A DNA stretch of 64,000 nt from Octopus vulgaris (GCA_951406725.2 OX597825.1:68324001-68388000), one strand, 5' to 3'. Counted from the stretch's first letter, positions 23,077 to 36,394 are shown. Numbers and translations: made by a program. The notes: generated from the letters alone by a model not told the origin.

Positions 23077-23975
23077 ATTGTCGTGCAATTACTGTTTATA
23101 TCTCGTTCAGAGATTTATTATTAAAAGAAATATAGGGATGATAATAATAATAAAAGAACAACAACTTGCTGCTGCAAACTGTACTTGAACACTAGACTCC
23201 TGGGTAGAAGGCTGCATTCAAACTGATGATATCCAGTCTAAATAGTCTACCTGTTTTATATTCAAACCAACTAGATGTAGCATCTCACACCTATCTTACA
23301 ACATCCTTCTCAGAATAAGCAATCATCATTTAGTGTCTGCTTTCCATGCTAGCATGGGTTGGACGGTTCAACTGGGGTCTGGGAAGCCAGAAGGCTACAG
23401 CTGGATGCCCTTCCTAACACCAACCACTCCATGAGTGTAGTGGGTGCTTTTTACGTGCCACCAGCACAGGTGCCAGACGGGGCTGGCAAACGGCCACGGT
23501 CGGATGGTGCTTTTTACGTGCCACATCATGAAAATCTCAAAGCTACACGATAATACATGATTAATTTTTTTTTTAAATGTGAATAAATAAGTATTACATT
23601 TGACAGGCTAATCTAAATGCTAAATGGCTAATAATACTTCAGAAATAACAGTCAGGTATTTGTTAAAAGGAACAACAAAAAACAAATAATTATAGCAACA
23701 ATATCTATTTCTTTACTACCCACAAGGGGACAGACAAACGGATTATATCGACCCAGTGCGTAACTGGTACTTATTTAATCGACCCCGAAAGGATGCTTGG
23801 ACCCATATATACACACACACATATATATATATACGAAGGGCTTCTTTCAGTTTCCGTCAACCAAATCCATCACAAGGCTTTGGTCAGTCCGAGGCTATAG
23901 TAGAAGACACTTGCTCTAAGTATCACACAGTGGGACTGAACTCAGTGGGACTTACCACAGAGCCACTCCTGCGCC

Positions 23976-24016
<41 letters not shown>

Positions 24017-24270
24017 GCACAGCCAGCCCAAGCCGGTAGTGCAATCAAGACACTTGCTCAAGGTCCCACACAGTAGTGGGACTGAACTCAAAACCACGTA
24101 TTTTACAAGCAAACTTCTTCTCCGAACAGCCAGCCTGCACTTTATCAAATACACTATTCCGCTCTAGAAACTGGACTTCTGTATTAGCTGCTACATAAAA
24201 AAAAAAACATCAAGTTTAAAGACGGAAGAAAAGCTGAAATGAAGAAAATTATGATTGGAAGTATAATTAC

Positions 24271-24393
24271 CTGTCGGACAAACTCTGGCAGAACAAAACT
24301 AGCTCTATGGATGTCACTGTTATAATATCGTAATCCAAGTTTTTTAACTTCTTCAGCACTGAATTCACGAACAGGTTCTTTTAAATTGCTTTC
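24271..24393 (-). CDS. SRM: spermidine synthase coding exon 7
   Basis: 123 nt; ESNLKEPVREFSAEEVKKLGLRYYNSDIHRASFVLPEFVRQ; CAG/GTAATT. Confidence 0.96.
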
Positions 24394-25736
24394 CTGTTTG
24401 AAAGAGAAAAGAGAGGAAATGGTTAGTAAAAGATTTCATTATCATCAGTTTAATTACAAATTAGTGACAGCAGCTGGAGTTATAGCTATTTTCTTGGGGG
24501 TTATACAGTCTACAGAAAATGTTTGCAAGAGAGTCTTTAATGAAAACGAGAAAGTTTGGACTTTTCCAGGTAACCATTGATCGGAATCAGAAATTGATCT
24601 TTGCCAGGGCCGCTGACTGGCTCCTGTGCCAGTGGCACATAAAAAGCACCATTCAAGTGTGATCGTTACCAGCATCACCTTACTGGCACATGTGCTGGTG
24701 GCACGTGAAAAGCAACATTCGAGTGTGGTCATTGCCAGTGCCAGTAGCACATAAAAAACACCTTTTGAGTGTGGTTGTTGCCAGTACTGCCTGACCAGCC
24801 CTTGTGCTGGTGGCACGTAAAAGCACCCACTACACTCTCAGAGTGGTTGGCGTTAGGAAGGGCATCTAGCTGTTGTAGTTGTGATACCCATGCCAGTGGC
24901 ACGTAAAAAGCGCCATCCGAACGTGGCCAATGCCAGCGCCGCCTTGGCTGGCTTCTGTGCCGGTGGCACGTAAAAAGCACCAACCGATTGTGGCCGCTGC
25001 CAGCCTCCCCTGGCACGTAAAATGCACCCACTACACTCACGGAGTGGTTGGCATTAGGAAGGGCATCCAGCTGTAGAAACTTTGCCAGATCAGATTGGAG
25101 CCTGGTGCAGCCTTCTAGCTCATCTGTCCTCAATCAAACCGTCCAACCCATGCCAGTATGGAAAGCAGACATTAAACGACAATGACATTTTAATGTCTGT
25201 CTTCTTTTTCCATGCTTGCATGGGTCGAATAGAATTGGTTCTGACAGATTTTCTATTGCCAGATGCTTTTCCTGTCACCAACCCTCAACTGTTTCCAAGA
25301 AAGTGAAGACACATGGTTTAATGGTTACAGTATTTGGTTCATGATTATAACGCCATGAGTTCAATTCCTGGCAACGTGTTGTGTCCTTGAGCAAGACACT
25401 CGATTTCACAATTTCCACTCAGCAGCCAAAAATGAGTTGTACCTGAAATTCAAAGGGCCAGCCTTGTCACACTCTGTGTTACGCTGAATCTACCTGAGAA
25501 CTACAATAAGGGTATGTGTGTCTGTGGAGCGCTCAGCCACTTGCACATTAATTTCACAAACAGGCTGTTCTGTTGATCAAATCAAATGGAATACTTGTGA
25601 CTGATAGAGTGCTATGTCAGGACATGTTTTTATGGAAGCCTAAAAATGAAGGAAACTGCTTGTACAACAGTAACACTCATTTACAACAACCATACACAGA
25701 TATACACATATATATGATAGGTTTCTCTCCATTTCT

Positions 25737-25951
25737 TATTTCTTTATTGCCCACAAGGGGCTACACACAGAGGGGACAAACAAAGACTGACAAATGGATT
25801 AAGTCGATTATATTGACCCCAGTGCGTAACTGGTACTTCTTTAATTGACCCCAAAAGGATGAAAGGCAAAGTTGACCTCAGAATGTAGCGGCAGACGAAA
25901 TACCGCTAAGCATTTCGCCCGGCGTGCTAACGTTTCTGCCAGCTCGCCGCC
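25737..25951 (-). mobile_element. SINE family B fused to the 28S fragment
   Basis: head ends at 25951, AAGAAATA tail near 25737. Confidence 0.88.
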
Positions 25952-26249
25952 TTCTTTGTGGATTGTGTTGTTCGCAAGAAGAGACTCAATAGATCGCAGT
26001 GTGGTAGCTGCTCTACTAAGTACGTCACTACGCACAACCAGTCGAGTCGTATACAAGCGATCCTTTTTGTCTCGATCTCTTTGAACAAGTCAGGCAAGAT
26101 GTCGATAACGACAGCGGCGGGACCGCCACCACCGATGTCCCAAAATGGCAATCCCACCGGTGACGCTGTTGCTGAATTGCTATTTTGGGACATCAGCAGC
26201 AGCGATCCTGCCATTGTCGTCATCCCGCCCGACTTGTTCGAAGAGATCA
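25952..26249 (-). rRNA. dispersed fragment (pseudogene) of the 3' end of 28S rRNA
   Basis: minus strand GTACTTAGTAGAGCAGCTACCACACTGCGATCTATTGAG (26023-25985) matches the conserved metazoan 28S 3'-terminal domain as recalled; preceded by a long GC-rich hairpin where expansion segment ES39/D12 lies. Confidence 0.8.
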
Positions 26250-26970
26250 GTTTCTTCCCATTTCTAACAACCAAATCCACCCACAAGGCTTTGCTTGGCC
26301 AGGGCCTACAGTAGAAGACACTTGCACAAGGAGCATTACAGTAGGACTGAACCCAGAACCATGTGATTGGAAAGCAAACTCCTATACTACACAAACACAC
26401 ATCCATCAATCATATCTTAGAAACCCCAATGTCTGATCATTGCAAGAGAATTAGTAACACTACTTTGGTCACTTCTTTTAGGAGTTGGGAAGGTGGAATA
26501 GAAAATACAATGGACTAAAATGAAATAATTGCTTGACTAGGAAAATATTAGGGATGGCTGTGTGGCTTGTCAACCACATGATCCCAGGTTCAGTCCCACT
26601 GTGTGGCATCTTGGGCAAGTGTCTTCTACAACAGCCCAAGGTAGACCAAAGCTTTGTGAGTCGACTTGATAGACAGAAACTGAAAGAAGCCCGTTGTGTG
26701 CTTGTGTGTGTGTGTGTGTTTTCCTCACCACCACTGCTTCATAACCAGTGTTGGTTTGTTTACATCCTTGTAATTTAGTGATTCAGCAAAAGAGACAGTT
26801 ATAATAAGAAAACTTTAAGAAAAGGAAAAAAAAAAACGGGGGTCGATTTGTTGATCTAAACCCTTCAAGGCAGTGCCCCAGCATGGCCACAGCCCAATGA
26901 CTGAAACAAGTAAAAAAACCAAAAAAAAAAAAAAACCAATCAGATATTTCAAAACTACAATCATACTTAC

Positions 26971-27116
26971 TGGGTTTGTACTGCAAATGAGGAAACCAAT
27001 CTGACCACTTGGATATGTAGGTATTGTTGTATAACAGTATTCTACAACAGGATAAATTTGGTGGCAGAAATTTTTCATTGATTTAATCAAGTCTAAGTGA
27101 AGCCACATTGATTCAC
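26971..27116 (-). CDS. SRM: spermidine synthase coding exon 6
   Basis: 146 nt; [48 protein letters not shown]. Confidence 0.97.
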
Positions 27117-27312
27117 CTGAATTTAAAAGAAAATAATATTAAAAACACATGGAGAGTAAATAAATTTGATTTGACAACAGTATTTGAGACACTTGCCCAC
27201 CCTGCAAAAAAAAGCATCTCAAAAGGAATCACCCAGGTCCAATATTACATGCTTTAACCATTTAGCTGTCAGATTATTCATTCATATTTTTTTTAATTAA
27301 TCATGTATTATA

Positions 27313-27681
27313 GGTGCAGGAGTGGCTGTGTGGCAAGTAGCTTGCTTATGAACCACATGGTTCCGGGTTCAGTCCCACTGCGTGGCACCTTGGACAAGTG
27401 TCTTCTACTATAGCCTCGGGCCGACCGAAGCCTTGTGAGTGGATTTGGTAGAAGGAAACTGAAAGAAGCTTGTATGTTTGTGTGTCTGTGTTTGTCCCCG
27501 CCAACATTGCTTGACAAGCGATGCTGGTGTGTTTGCATCCTTGTAACTTAGCAGTTCTGCAAAAGAGACCGATAGAATAAGTACTAGGCTTACAAAGAAT
27601 AAGTCCTGGGGTCGATTTGCTCAACTAAATGCGGTGCTCCAGCATGGCCACAGTCAAATGACTGAAACAAGTAAAAGAGTA
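27313..27681 (+). mobile_element. tRNA-derived SINE family A (A box TGGCTGTGTGG, B box GGTTCAGTCCC, GTAAAAGA tail)
   Basis: at least 10 related copies in window; degenerate or partial ones at ~1-135, 26550-26915, 23790-23978, 48160-48370, 52043-52207. Confidence 0.88.
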
Positions 27682-28369
27682 TCTTGTAGCCTTGAGATTT
27701 CATTAAAGTGATTATTTTTAGAATGACAGTGTGAGGGGCTGGATCATAGATTTGACATTTTGATATGCTTTAGTTTTAAATGCCCCCAGCTGCTCAGACA
27801 ATACTAAAGTCTCTCACAGAATACAGAAGCCTGGAGATGTTGCACTATGCAGGTGGGCTGAGGAAAACAACAAGCAGTTTAATGCTGGAAAATTCTAAGC
27901 TCTGTGCTACCGACATATAATGCTTTATATTTAAAATGATATTGTAAGGTAAGTGCGAAAGGCTGGATCTGGCTAGTTTGAACACAAAACAGGTAGAGTA
28001 TTTGGGTTGCATATGATCAGTTTAAATGCTGAAGGGTTAACACACTAAAACCTTTCCCCTGAAATGCACAGCTGAGCTTGGGATACATCTAATAAGCCCC
28101 CATGCCATCAAGCATGATATATTTGTAATAAAAATATTAAAAAAACACACACACACACAGATGGAGACATTCAGCTTGTTAAATTTATAAGTTCAAAATC
28201 AGAATTTAAAAGTTAAGAAACAGACATCTATATTACACTCCACTAAAATCTTACCATTTTGTGTTTTACAACTCTAGGTTTTGGCAAGATTTTTCAGGGG
28301 TAGAATTGCTTCCTTAGTAAGAGAGAGATGCCTGTAGTCCCAATGAAGGGAGCAGCCTTTTACCTTTTG

Positions 28370-28885
28370 ATTCATCATCATTTAACAGCCATTCTCCATG
28401 CTGGCATGGGTTGGACGGTTTGACAGGAGCTGAAAAGCTGAGGGACTGTTCAGGCCCCATGTCTGTTTTGGCAAGGTTTCTATGGTTGGATGCCCTTCCT
28501 AACACCAACCACTTTACAGAGTGTACTGGATGCTTTTTATGAGGGACCATCACCTAAAAGCCCACAAGATTAAGGATGCTCAGGTGGGGAGAGATACAGG
28601 AGACAAGCCAGTGTGCAAAGACAACCACGATTTTACTTAGCTTGACATATCTCAAGCACAGTAAATTCCAGGAGTCTTGGTCCCCTGTTATACCCTTTGC
28701 GAGACCCAACATTGTCTGAAGATCCTTTCTCACCACTTTGTCCCACGTCTTCCTGGGTCTACCCCTTCCACATGTTCCCTCCACAACTAGAGATTGGCAC
28801 CTCTTGATGCAACTGCCTTCATTCATACACATTACATGGCTGTACCAGCACAGTCTTCTCTCTTGCACACTACATCTGATGCCTC
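28370..28885 (-). mobile_element. RTE-clade LINE 3' fragment
   Basis: [28 protein letters not shown] then family C tail. Confidence 0.85.
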
Positions 28886-28911
28886 GACGTGTGTAGATAA
28901 TAAAATTTTAC

Positions 28912-28995
28912 CTTGGTTGCATATAATTCCATTTGGTTTGAGAGCATTCTTCATTAATTCATAATAGGATTTCTCAAAGAGGGAAGAAGCAGGAC
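28912..28995 (-). CDS. SRM: spermidine synthase coding exon 5
   Basis: 84 nt; [28 protein letters not shown]. Confidence 0.96.
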
Positions 28996-29309
28996 CTGAA
29001 AGAATAGATAGGAGGAGAAAAAACAAACTTTTTAATTTTAATATATAAGATATAAACAATGAAAATAACTTGTAGCAAGTATTTTCTTTCATATTTCAGC
29101 TTTTCATTCCTTTATAAAATACTGCAAAATATTATCTGCCATTTCTGTTGTGTCTGGAGAGAGTCATTTTCTTTTTGTGCCTTATAATTTAATAAATACA
29201 CTCACCGGTAAAATTTCCACTTATTTCTTATTTTTATTTTCCTAAAATTTTCGTTGCATCTTGCAACCTTTTTGGGACTGTCTGTTATTTACACTGAGTT
29301 CCTTTTGTT

Positions 29310-29712
29310 TGTTTGTGTGCATGTGTGTGTGTGCATGCCTATGCATGCATGTGTGTATGTATGCATGTGTATGTATGTTTATGTGTGTGTATGCATATGT
29401 ATATATGTATGTATGCATGTGCATCTGTATGTATGTATCCTGCATAGTCATGTGTTTCTATGTTTGTGTGTGTGTGAGCGTGTGTTTGTATATGTACGCA
29501 CCTCTGTCTCCTTGTATGTGCATGTCTGTGTTTTGCAACTATGTACTATATTTGTATGTATGGATGTGCATCTCTATATGTGGATCTGTGTCTTCATATG
29601 TGTCCTTGTGTGGAGTAAAGTGTGTGTGTATATATGGTCATGTGTTTCAGTCTCCATTTGCGTATGTGTGCTTGTCTGTTCATATAACCTATGTACCTAT
29701 CCGTCTGTATGT
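29310..29712. repeat. TG-rich low-complexity region
   Basis: direct inspection. Confidence 0.85.
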
Positions 29713-29843
29713 TGATCTCTTTATTTTCATATCCATATGCTTACATACAAGAACAAAAAAAAAAAAACCAAATCCAAAGCGAAATATTTATCTGCACTGT
29801 ATCTAGTGTTTTGTTATTATTATAGTTGTTGTTATTGCTATTG

Positions 29844-30665
29844 AGGCAGCAAGTTGGCAGAATCATTAGCATACCAGGCAAAATGCTTAGTGGTATTCCA
29901 TTCATCTGGCAGAAATGTTAGCGCGCCGGGCGAAATGCTTAGCGGTATTTCGGCTGCCAATAGGTTCTGAGTTCAAATTCCGCTGAGGTCGACTTTGCCT
30001 TTCATCCTTTCGGGGTTGATTAAATAAGTACAGTTACGCACTGGGGTCGATATGATCGACTTAATCCATTTGTCTTGTGGGTAGTAAAGAAATAGGTATT
30101 CCATTCATCTTTATGTTCTGAGTTCAAATTCCGCCAAGGTTGACTTTGCATTTCATCCTTTTGGGGACAATGAAATAAGTATCAGTTACACATTGGGGTT
30201 GATGTAATCGACTAGCTCCCTACCCCAAAATTTCTGGCCTTGTGCTTAATGTAGAAAGGGTTATTGTTGTTGATGTTGTTATTAAGGCAATGAGCTGGGC
30301 AAAATGCATGGTGGCATTTTGTCCATCTTCATGTTCTGAGTTCAAATTCTGCCAAGATCGCCCATGGCATGGTCGATCTTGGCAGAAAGGTGGCGAGCTG
30401 GCAGAAATGCTTAGCAGTATTTCGTCTGCCGCTATGTTCTGAGTTCAAATTCTGCTGAGGTCGACTTTGCCTTTCATCCTTTCAGGGTCGATTAAATAAG
30501 TACCAGTTACACACTGGGGTCAATATAATCAACTTAATCCGTTTGTCTCTGTCTTTGTTTGTCCTCTCTATGTATAGCTCCTTGAGGGCAGTAAAGAAAT
30601 AAGATCGACCATGCCATTCATCCTTTCTGGGCCAATGTAATTCCCCTGAAATTGCTGGCCTTGTG
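29844..30665 (+). mobile_element. nested cluster of SINE family B copies
   Basis: repeated GTTCTGAGTTCAAATTCCGCCGAGGTCGACTTTGCCTTTCATCC cores; internal TSDs. Confidence 0.85.
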
Positions 30666-31032
30666 CCAAAATTTGAAATCCTTATTATCATTACTATTGT
30701 TCCTCCACCGAGGTCAACTTAACCTCTCCTCTTCACAAGACCATTAAAAAAAGAAACAACTGAACACTGGCGTCAATGTAATCCACTCGTCTCCCTCCTC
30801 CATAATTTCAGGTTTTATTCTTATAGTAAGAAAAGAGTATTATTACTATTAAATAAACTTGAAGGCAGGTGTTGTTTGTAGATAAGTAGGTCACAGACAC
30901 ATTTCAAGCTACATTGTAACCTTCCCATAGTTGTGACGTGAGAAAGTCAGCCCGACAGAGCTCCTCTTTCAATAAGATATTTTTCTTAATAGAAACCTTA
31001 GATATAATGCCTTTAATATTTGAGGGAAGTTA

Positions 31033-31835
31033 AGGTGGCGAGATGGCAGAATCGTTAGCATACCAGGTGAAATGCTTAGCGGTATTTCGTCTGCCGCTAT
31101 GTTCTGAGTTCAAATTCCGCCGAGGTCAACTTTGCCTTTCATCCTTTCAGGGTTGATTAAATAAGTACCAGTTACGCACTGGGGTCAATGTAATCGACTT
31201 AATCCATTTGTCTGTCCTTGTTTGTCCTCCCTGTGTTTTGCCCCTTGTGGGTAGTAAAGAAATAGGTATTTCATCTGCCGCTACGTTCTGAGTTCAAATT
31301 CCGCCGAGGTCGACTTTGCCTTTCATCCTTTCGGGGTCGATTAAATAAGTACCAGTTACGCACCGGGGTCGATATAATCGACTTAATCCGTTTGTCTGTC
31401 CTTGTTTGTCCTCTCTGAGTTTAGCCCCTTGTGGGCAGTAAAGAAATAGAAATAGGTATTTCGTCTGTCTTTATGTTCTGAGTTCAAATTCCGCCAAGGT
31501 CGTCTATGCCTTTCAGGGTCAATGAATTAAGTACTAGCTGCATACTGTGGTCGATCTAATCGACTGGACCCCTCCCCCAAAATTTCAGGCCTTGTGCCTG
31601 TACAGTAGAAAACCATGAATATTTGAGGGAAGTTACAATGGAGAGCTGGTAGAATTGTTAGCACACGCCAGGCAAAATGCTTTGCAACATTTCACTCATC
31701 TTGACATTCTGAGTTCAAATTTTGCCTTTCATCCTTTTGGGGTTGATAAAATAAGTACCAGTTGAACACTGAGGTCGATGTAATCGACTTAACCCCTCTC
31801 CCAAACTTGCTGGCATTGTGCCAAAATGCGAAACC
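31033..31835 (+). mobile_element. nested/tandem cluster of SINE family B copies
   Basis: three units joined at AAATA|GGTATTTC plus an older copy. Confidence 0.85.
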
Positions 31836-32209
31836 AATATTCGCGGGAAGTTGTGACATTCACACCTTTCTGCAAAGATTAACAGAATAATCTGACAAGG
31901 CAGCCTCTAAGTGATTTTCAACATGCTAGAAACAGCAGCCAAATCTTCCTCAACCATCACCCTATGTAATGCCTTTAAAAAAATGAAAGAGATGTTAGAT
32001 TATCTAGTTCTGGATACATTGCACTTAACCTTTAGCACCCTGAATTTTCACTGGGATTGTTTCCCCTGCCACTACAGGGGAGAAAACCATGGTGACATAA
32101 TGTGCCTACAGTAAGATACAGGTCAAATGAAATACAGGATAGTCATGGTTGGAATGTCTTAGATACATATAAATATATACATTGTCTTTATATATATATA
32201 TATATTCGT

Positions 32210-32412
32210 TTGCTTGTTTCAGTCATTTGACTCCGGCCATGCTGGAGCACCACCTTTTAGTCGAATCAAATTGACCCCAGGACTTATTCTTTGTAAGCTT
32301 AGTACTTATTCTATCGGTCTGCTTTGCTGAACTGCTAAGTTACTGGGACCTAAATACACCAGCATCGGTTGTCAAGCGATGTTGGGGGGACAAACACAGA
32401 TACACAACATAT

Positions 32413-32469
<57 letters not shown>

Positions 32470-32640
32470 TACGACGGACTTCTTTCAGTTTCCGTCTACC
32501 AAATCCACTCACAAGACTTTGGTCAGCCCGAGGCTATAGTAGAAGATACTTGCCCAAGGTACCACTATATATAGTAGAAAACATTTTCCCAAGTTTCCTT
32601 GCAGTGGGACTAAATCCAAAACTACATGGTTGGAAGGTAA
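32210..32640 (-). mobile_element. SINE family A
   Basis: reverse complement with internal (TA)n. Confidence 0.8.
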
Positions 32641-32829
32641 ACTGCTTAACCACACATACAACCATGCCTGAACCTCAGCATCATTTTAACTTTGCCATAC
32701 TTGTTTGGGTTGGATGGAATTTGTTGATGTGGATTTTCCCACAGCTGGATGCCCTCCCTGTCACCAACCCTTACCTATTTCCAAGCAAGGTAATATTCCC
32801 TCATAGCCAGACACATCATTCTTTTCTAC

Positions 32830-33220
32830 TCTAGGCACAAGGGCTGAAATTTTAGGGGAGGGGTGCCAGTCGATTAGATCGACTCCCAGTACACAACTAG
32901 TACTTAATTTATTGACCCCGAAAGAATGAAAGGCAAAGTTGATCTCAGCAGAATTTGAACTCAGAACATAAAGACAGATGAAATACCTATTTCTTTACTA
33001 CCCACAAGGGGCTAAACACAGAGGGGACAAACAAGGATAGACAAACGGATTAAGTTGATTACATCGACTCCAGTGCGTAACTGGTACTTAATTTATCGAC
33101 CCTGAAAGGATGAAAGGCAAAGTTGATCTCAGCAGAATTTGAACTCAGAACGTAAAGACAGGTGAAATACCGCTAAGCATTTCACCCGGCGTGCTAATGT
33201 TTCTGCTAGCTTACCACCTT
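32830..33220 (-). mobile_element. SINE family B nested dimer
   Basis: junction at 32987/32988. Confidence 0.85.
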
Positions 33221-33579
33221 GGCCCAGATATATTATCATAAAGGATTGGAAAAAAACAACACCACTTGCATGACGGTAGCACTCATTTGGAACTATTATG
33301 AAAAGTCAAGTCAAGCAGACAGTAACATGCAAACATGTGATTTTTAGTGATGAAAATTAAGGTCGACATGGTTGAGTGAACATGTTTAGTAACAATCCCA
33401 AAATAAAGCTCTGTCAAGTGATAGAGTGGGGAGGAGTTGTTCCTGTGGAGCCCAATGGTTGAATAGTTATGGTTTGTGTCTATGTACGCAGGCATCAAAT
33501 TTTGTTCTCCACTAAATTTGTGCATTAGTATCGTATGGGAAAAAAGTCATGATTATATCCAGAGTTTAACTTACTAGCT

Positions 33580-33983
33580 TTTACTCTTTTACTTGTTTCA
33601 GTCATTTGACTGTGACCATGCTGGAGCACTGCCTTTAGTCGAGCAAATCGACCCCAGAACTTATTCTTTGTAAGCCTAGTACTTATTCTATCGGTCTCTT
33701 TTGCCAAACTGCTAAGTTACAGGGACGTAAACACACCAGCATCGGTTGCCAAGCGATGTTGGTGGGGACAAACACAGACACAAACATATACACACACATA
33801 CATATATATATACATATATACGATGGGCTTCTTTCAGTTTCCATATACCAAATCCACTCACAAGGCTTTGGTTAGCCCGAGGCTATAGTAGAAGACACTT
33901 GCCCAAGGTGCCACACAGTGGGACTGAACCCAGAACCATGTGGTTGGGAAGCAAGCTTCTTGCCGCACAACCACTCCTACACC
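33580..33983 (-). mobile_element. SINE family A
   Basis: full-length reverse copy. Confidence 0.88.
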
Positions 33984-34010
33984 TAAAAACACAGCATATC
34001 AAGCAGTAGT

Positions 34011-34048
<38 letters not shown>

Positions 34049-34479
34049 AAGAATAGTTGTTGGTGAATGTAGTTTGTTAAAGCTTATTCAGTATTGGCTG
34101 GTATTTTTGTTTGAAAATATTTTCTTTGTTTGACTGTCGCTGTATGACAGCTTTAATTTACAGTACCAGACATCTTGTCACATGACATTAAAGAGTGACA
34201 GGGCAACTTACAAAAGTTTCTAAACCTAATATCACATGATCAAAACATACCCAAAACAGATATTAATTGGAGCCAGGTTCTCTCTATAAAAACAAGAGAA
34301 TTTTTAAACTCCAATCAGAAGCAAGACAATTGCAATTGAGCTCCATGTCTTTCTAGTTCAACTTTTTAAAACCAGAGAAATCCGTCAAATCATTTAAGTC
34401 CTTAAAAATTTATTAATTAAAAATCTAAATGAATCCCGATGAATTTTCAACTTATATATATATATGATATATATATATT

Positions 34480-34666
34480 TTATTTGTTTCAGTCATTTGA
34501 CTGCGCCCATGCTGGAGCACAGCCTTTAGGACTTATTCTTTGTAAGCCTAGTACTTATTCTATCCGTCTCTCTGCTGAACCGCTAAGTGACGGGGACGTA
34601 AACACACCAGCATCGGTTGTCAAGTGATGTTGGTGGGACAAACAGACACACAAACATATACACAAC

Positions 34667-34721
<55 letters not shown>

Positions 34722-34884
34722 GATGGGTTTCTTTCAGTTTCCATCTACCAAATCCACTCACAAGTCTTTGGTCGGCCCAAGGCTATAGTAGAAGACACTT
34801 GCCCCAGGTGCCACGCAGTGGGACTGAACAAAGAACCATGTGGCTGGTAAGCAAGCTACTTATCACACAGCCACTCCTGCGCCT
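34480..34884 (-). mobile_element. SINE family A
   Basis: full-length reverse copy. Confidence 0.85.
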
Positions 34885-36047
34885 ATATATAGTAATAATA
34901 ATATAAGTTAGGATATTATAACACTTATATATACATCGTCATCATTTAACGTCTATTTTCCATGCTAGCACGGGTTGGACGGTTCGACTGGGGTCTAAGA
35001 AGCCAGGAGGCTGCACCAGGCTCACATCTGATCTGGCAAGGTTTTTACAGCCAGATGCCCTTCTTAACACCAACAACTCAGCAGAGTGGACTGAGTGCTT
35101 TTTATGTGGCACCAGCACAGGTGAGGTCCGTTTTGTATCATTTTTACAGCTGGATGCCCTTCCAAATGCCAACCACTTTACAGTGTGGATTGGATGGTTT
35201 TTATGTGTGTGTGTGTGTATATACATACACACATGCTTTGTAAAGTTTCTATCTATCAACCTATTCACAAGACAGTGGTCAACCTAGGATTATAATAGAA
35301 GACACAACACATATCCAAGGTACTGCTGTACAGTGGGATTGAACCCTAAGTCACAAAGTTGTAATGCAAACTTCTTGACCACACAGCCATGCCTGCACCC
35401 CATGCAGACAAATATACATATACACCTATAGATACACACTCACTCATGCATACATGGGGTAAAGAAAACCTTCAGTCAGGAATGACCATGGAATTGCACT
35501 TGGAAAGTTCCCCTCTGAAGCACAAGTCTGGGCAAGGTTGTTTATGGAAGACCAGCAGTTGCCCATGCATGCCAGCCTCTCCTCTCCAATCCACCGATGT
35601 TATTGAAGAGAAAGGCAAGGGCCAATAGTTTGGCACCAGTGATGTCGCAACTCATTTCTACAGCTGAGTAAACTGGAGCAACGTGAAATAAAATGTTTTG
35701 CTCAAGAACACAACATGCAGCCCGGTCCGGGCTTCGAACTCACAACCTCACGGTCATAAGATCGACGCTCTAACCACTGAGCCATGCGCCTTCACATACA
35801 TATATACACATATATAAAAATACATATATGTATATGTGTATATATACATGTACATACATACAAAGATATCTATACACACACACAGCTTGTCACCGATACA
35901 GCTTGGCACCTGTGACGTTGCAACTCATTTCTACAGCTGAGCGAACGGGAGCACATGAAATAAAATGTTTTGCTCAAGAACACAAAACACAGCCCAGTCC
36001 AGGAATCGAAGTCACTACCTCATGATTGTGAGCCCAACACTCTAACC

Positions 36048-36277
36048 TATTTCTTTATTACCCACAAGGGGCTAAACACAGAGGGGACAAACAAGGACAG
36101 ACATAGGTATTAAGTCGATTACATTGACCCCAGTGCGTAACTGGTACTTAATTTATCGACCCCGAAAGGATAAAAAGCAAAGTCGACCTCGGCGGAATTT
36201 GAACTCACAACGTAACGACAGACGAAATACTGCTAAACATTTCGCCCGGCATGCTAATGTTTCTGCCAGCTCGCTGC
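36048..36277 (-). mobile_element. SINE family B inserted in another SINE head
   Basis: TSD CCCAACACTCTAACC on both sides. Confidence 0.85.
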
Positions 36278-36394
36278 CCAACACTCTAACCACTGGGCCA
36301 TGTGCCTTTAAAAGTATACAAATACACACATGCAAATGCAGCAAAAGTGCCAGCAATAAGATAAATATTAGATAAATATGAAAGGAATACAAAC

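Noticed and set aside
25927-26409. GC-rich ORFs of 118-160 aa
   Set aside because: Explained by the 28S rRNA fragment and flanking SINEs.
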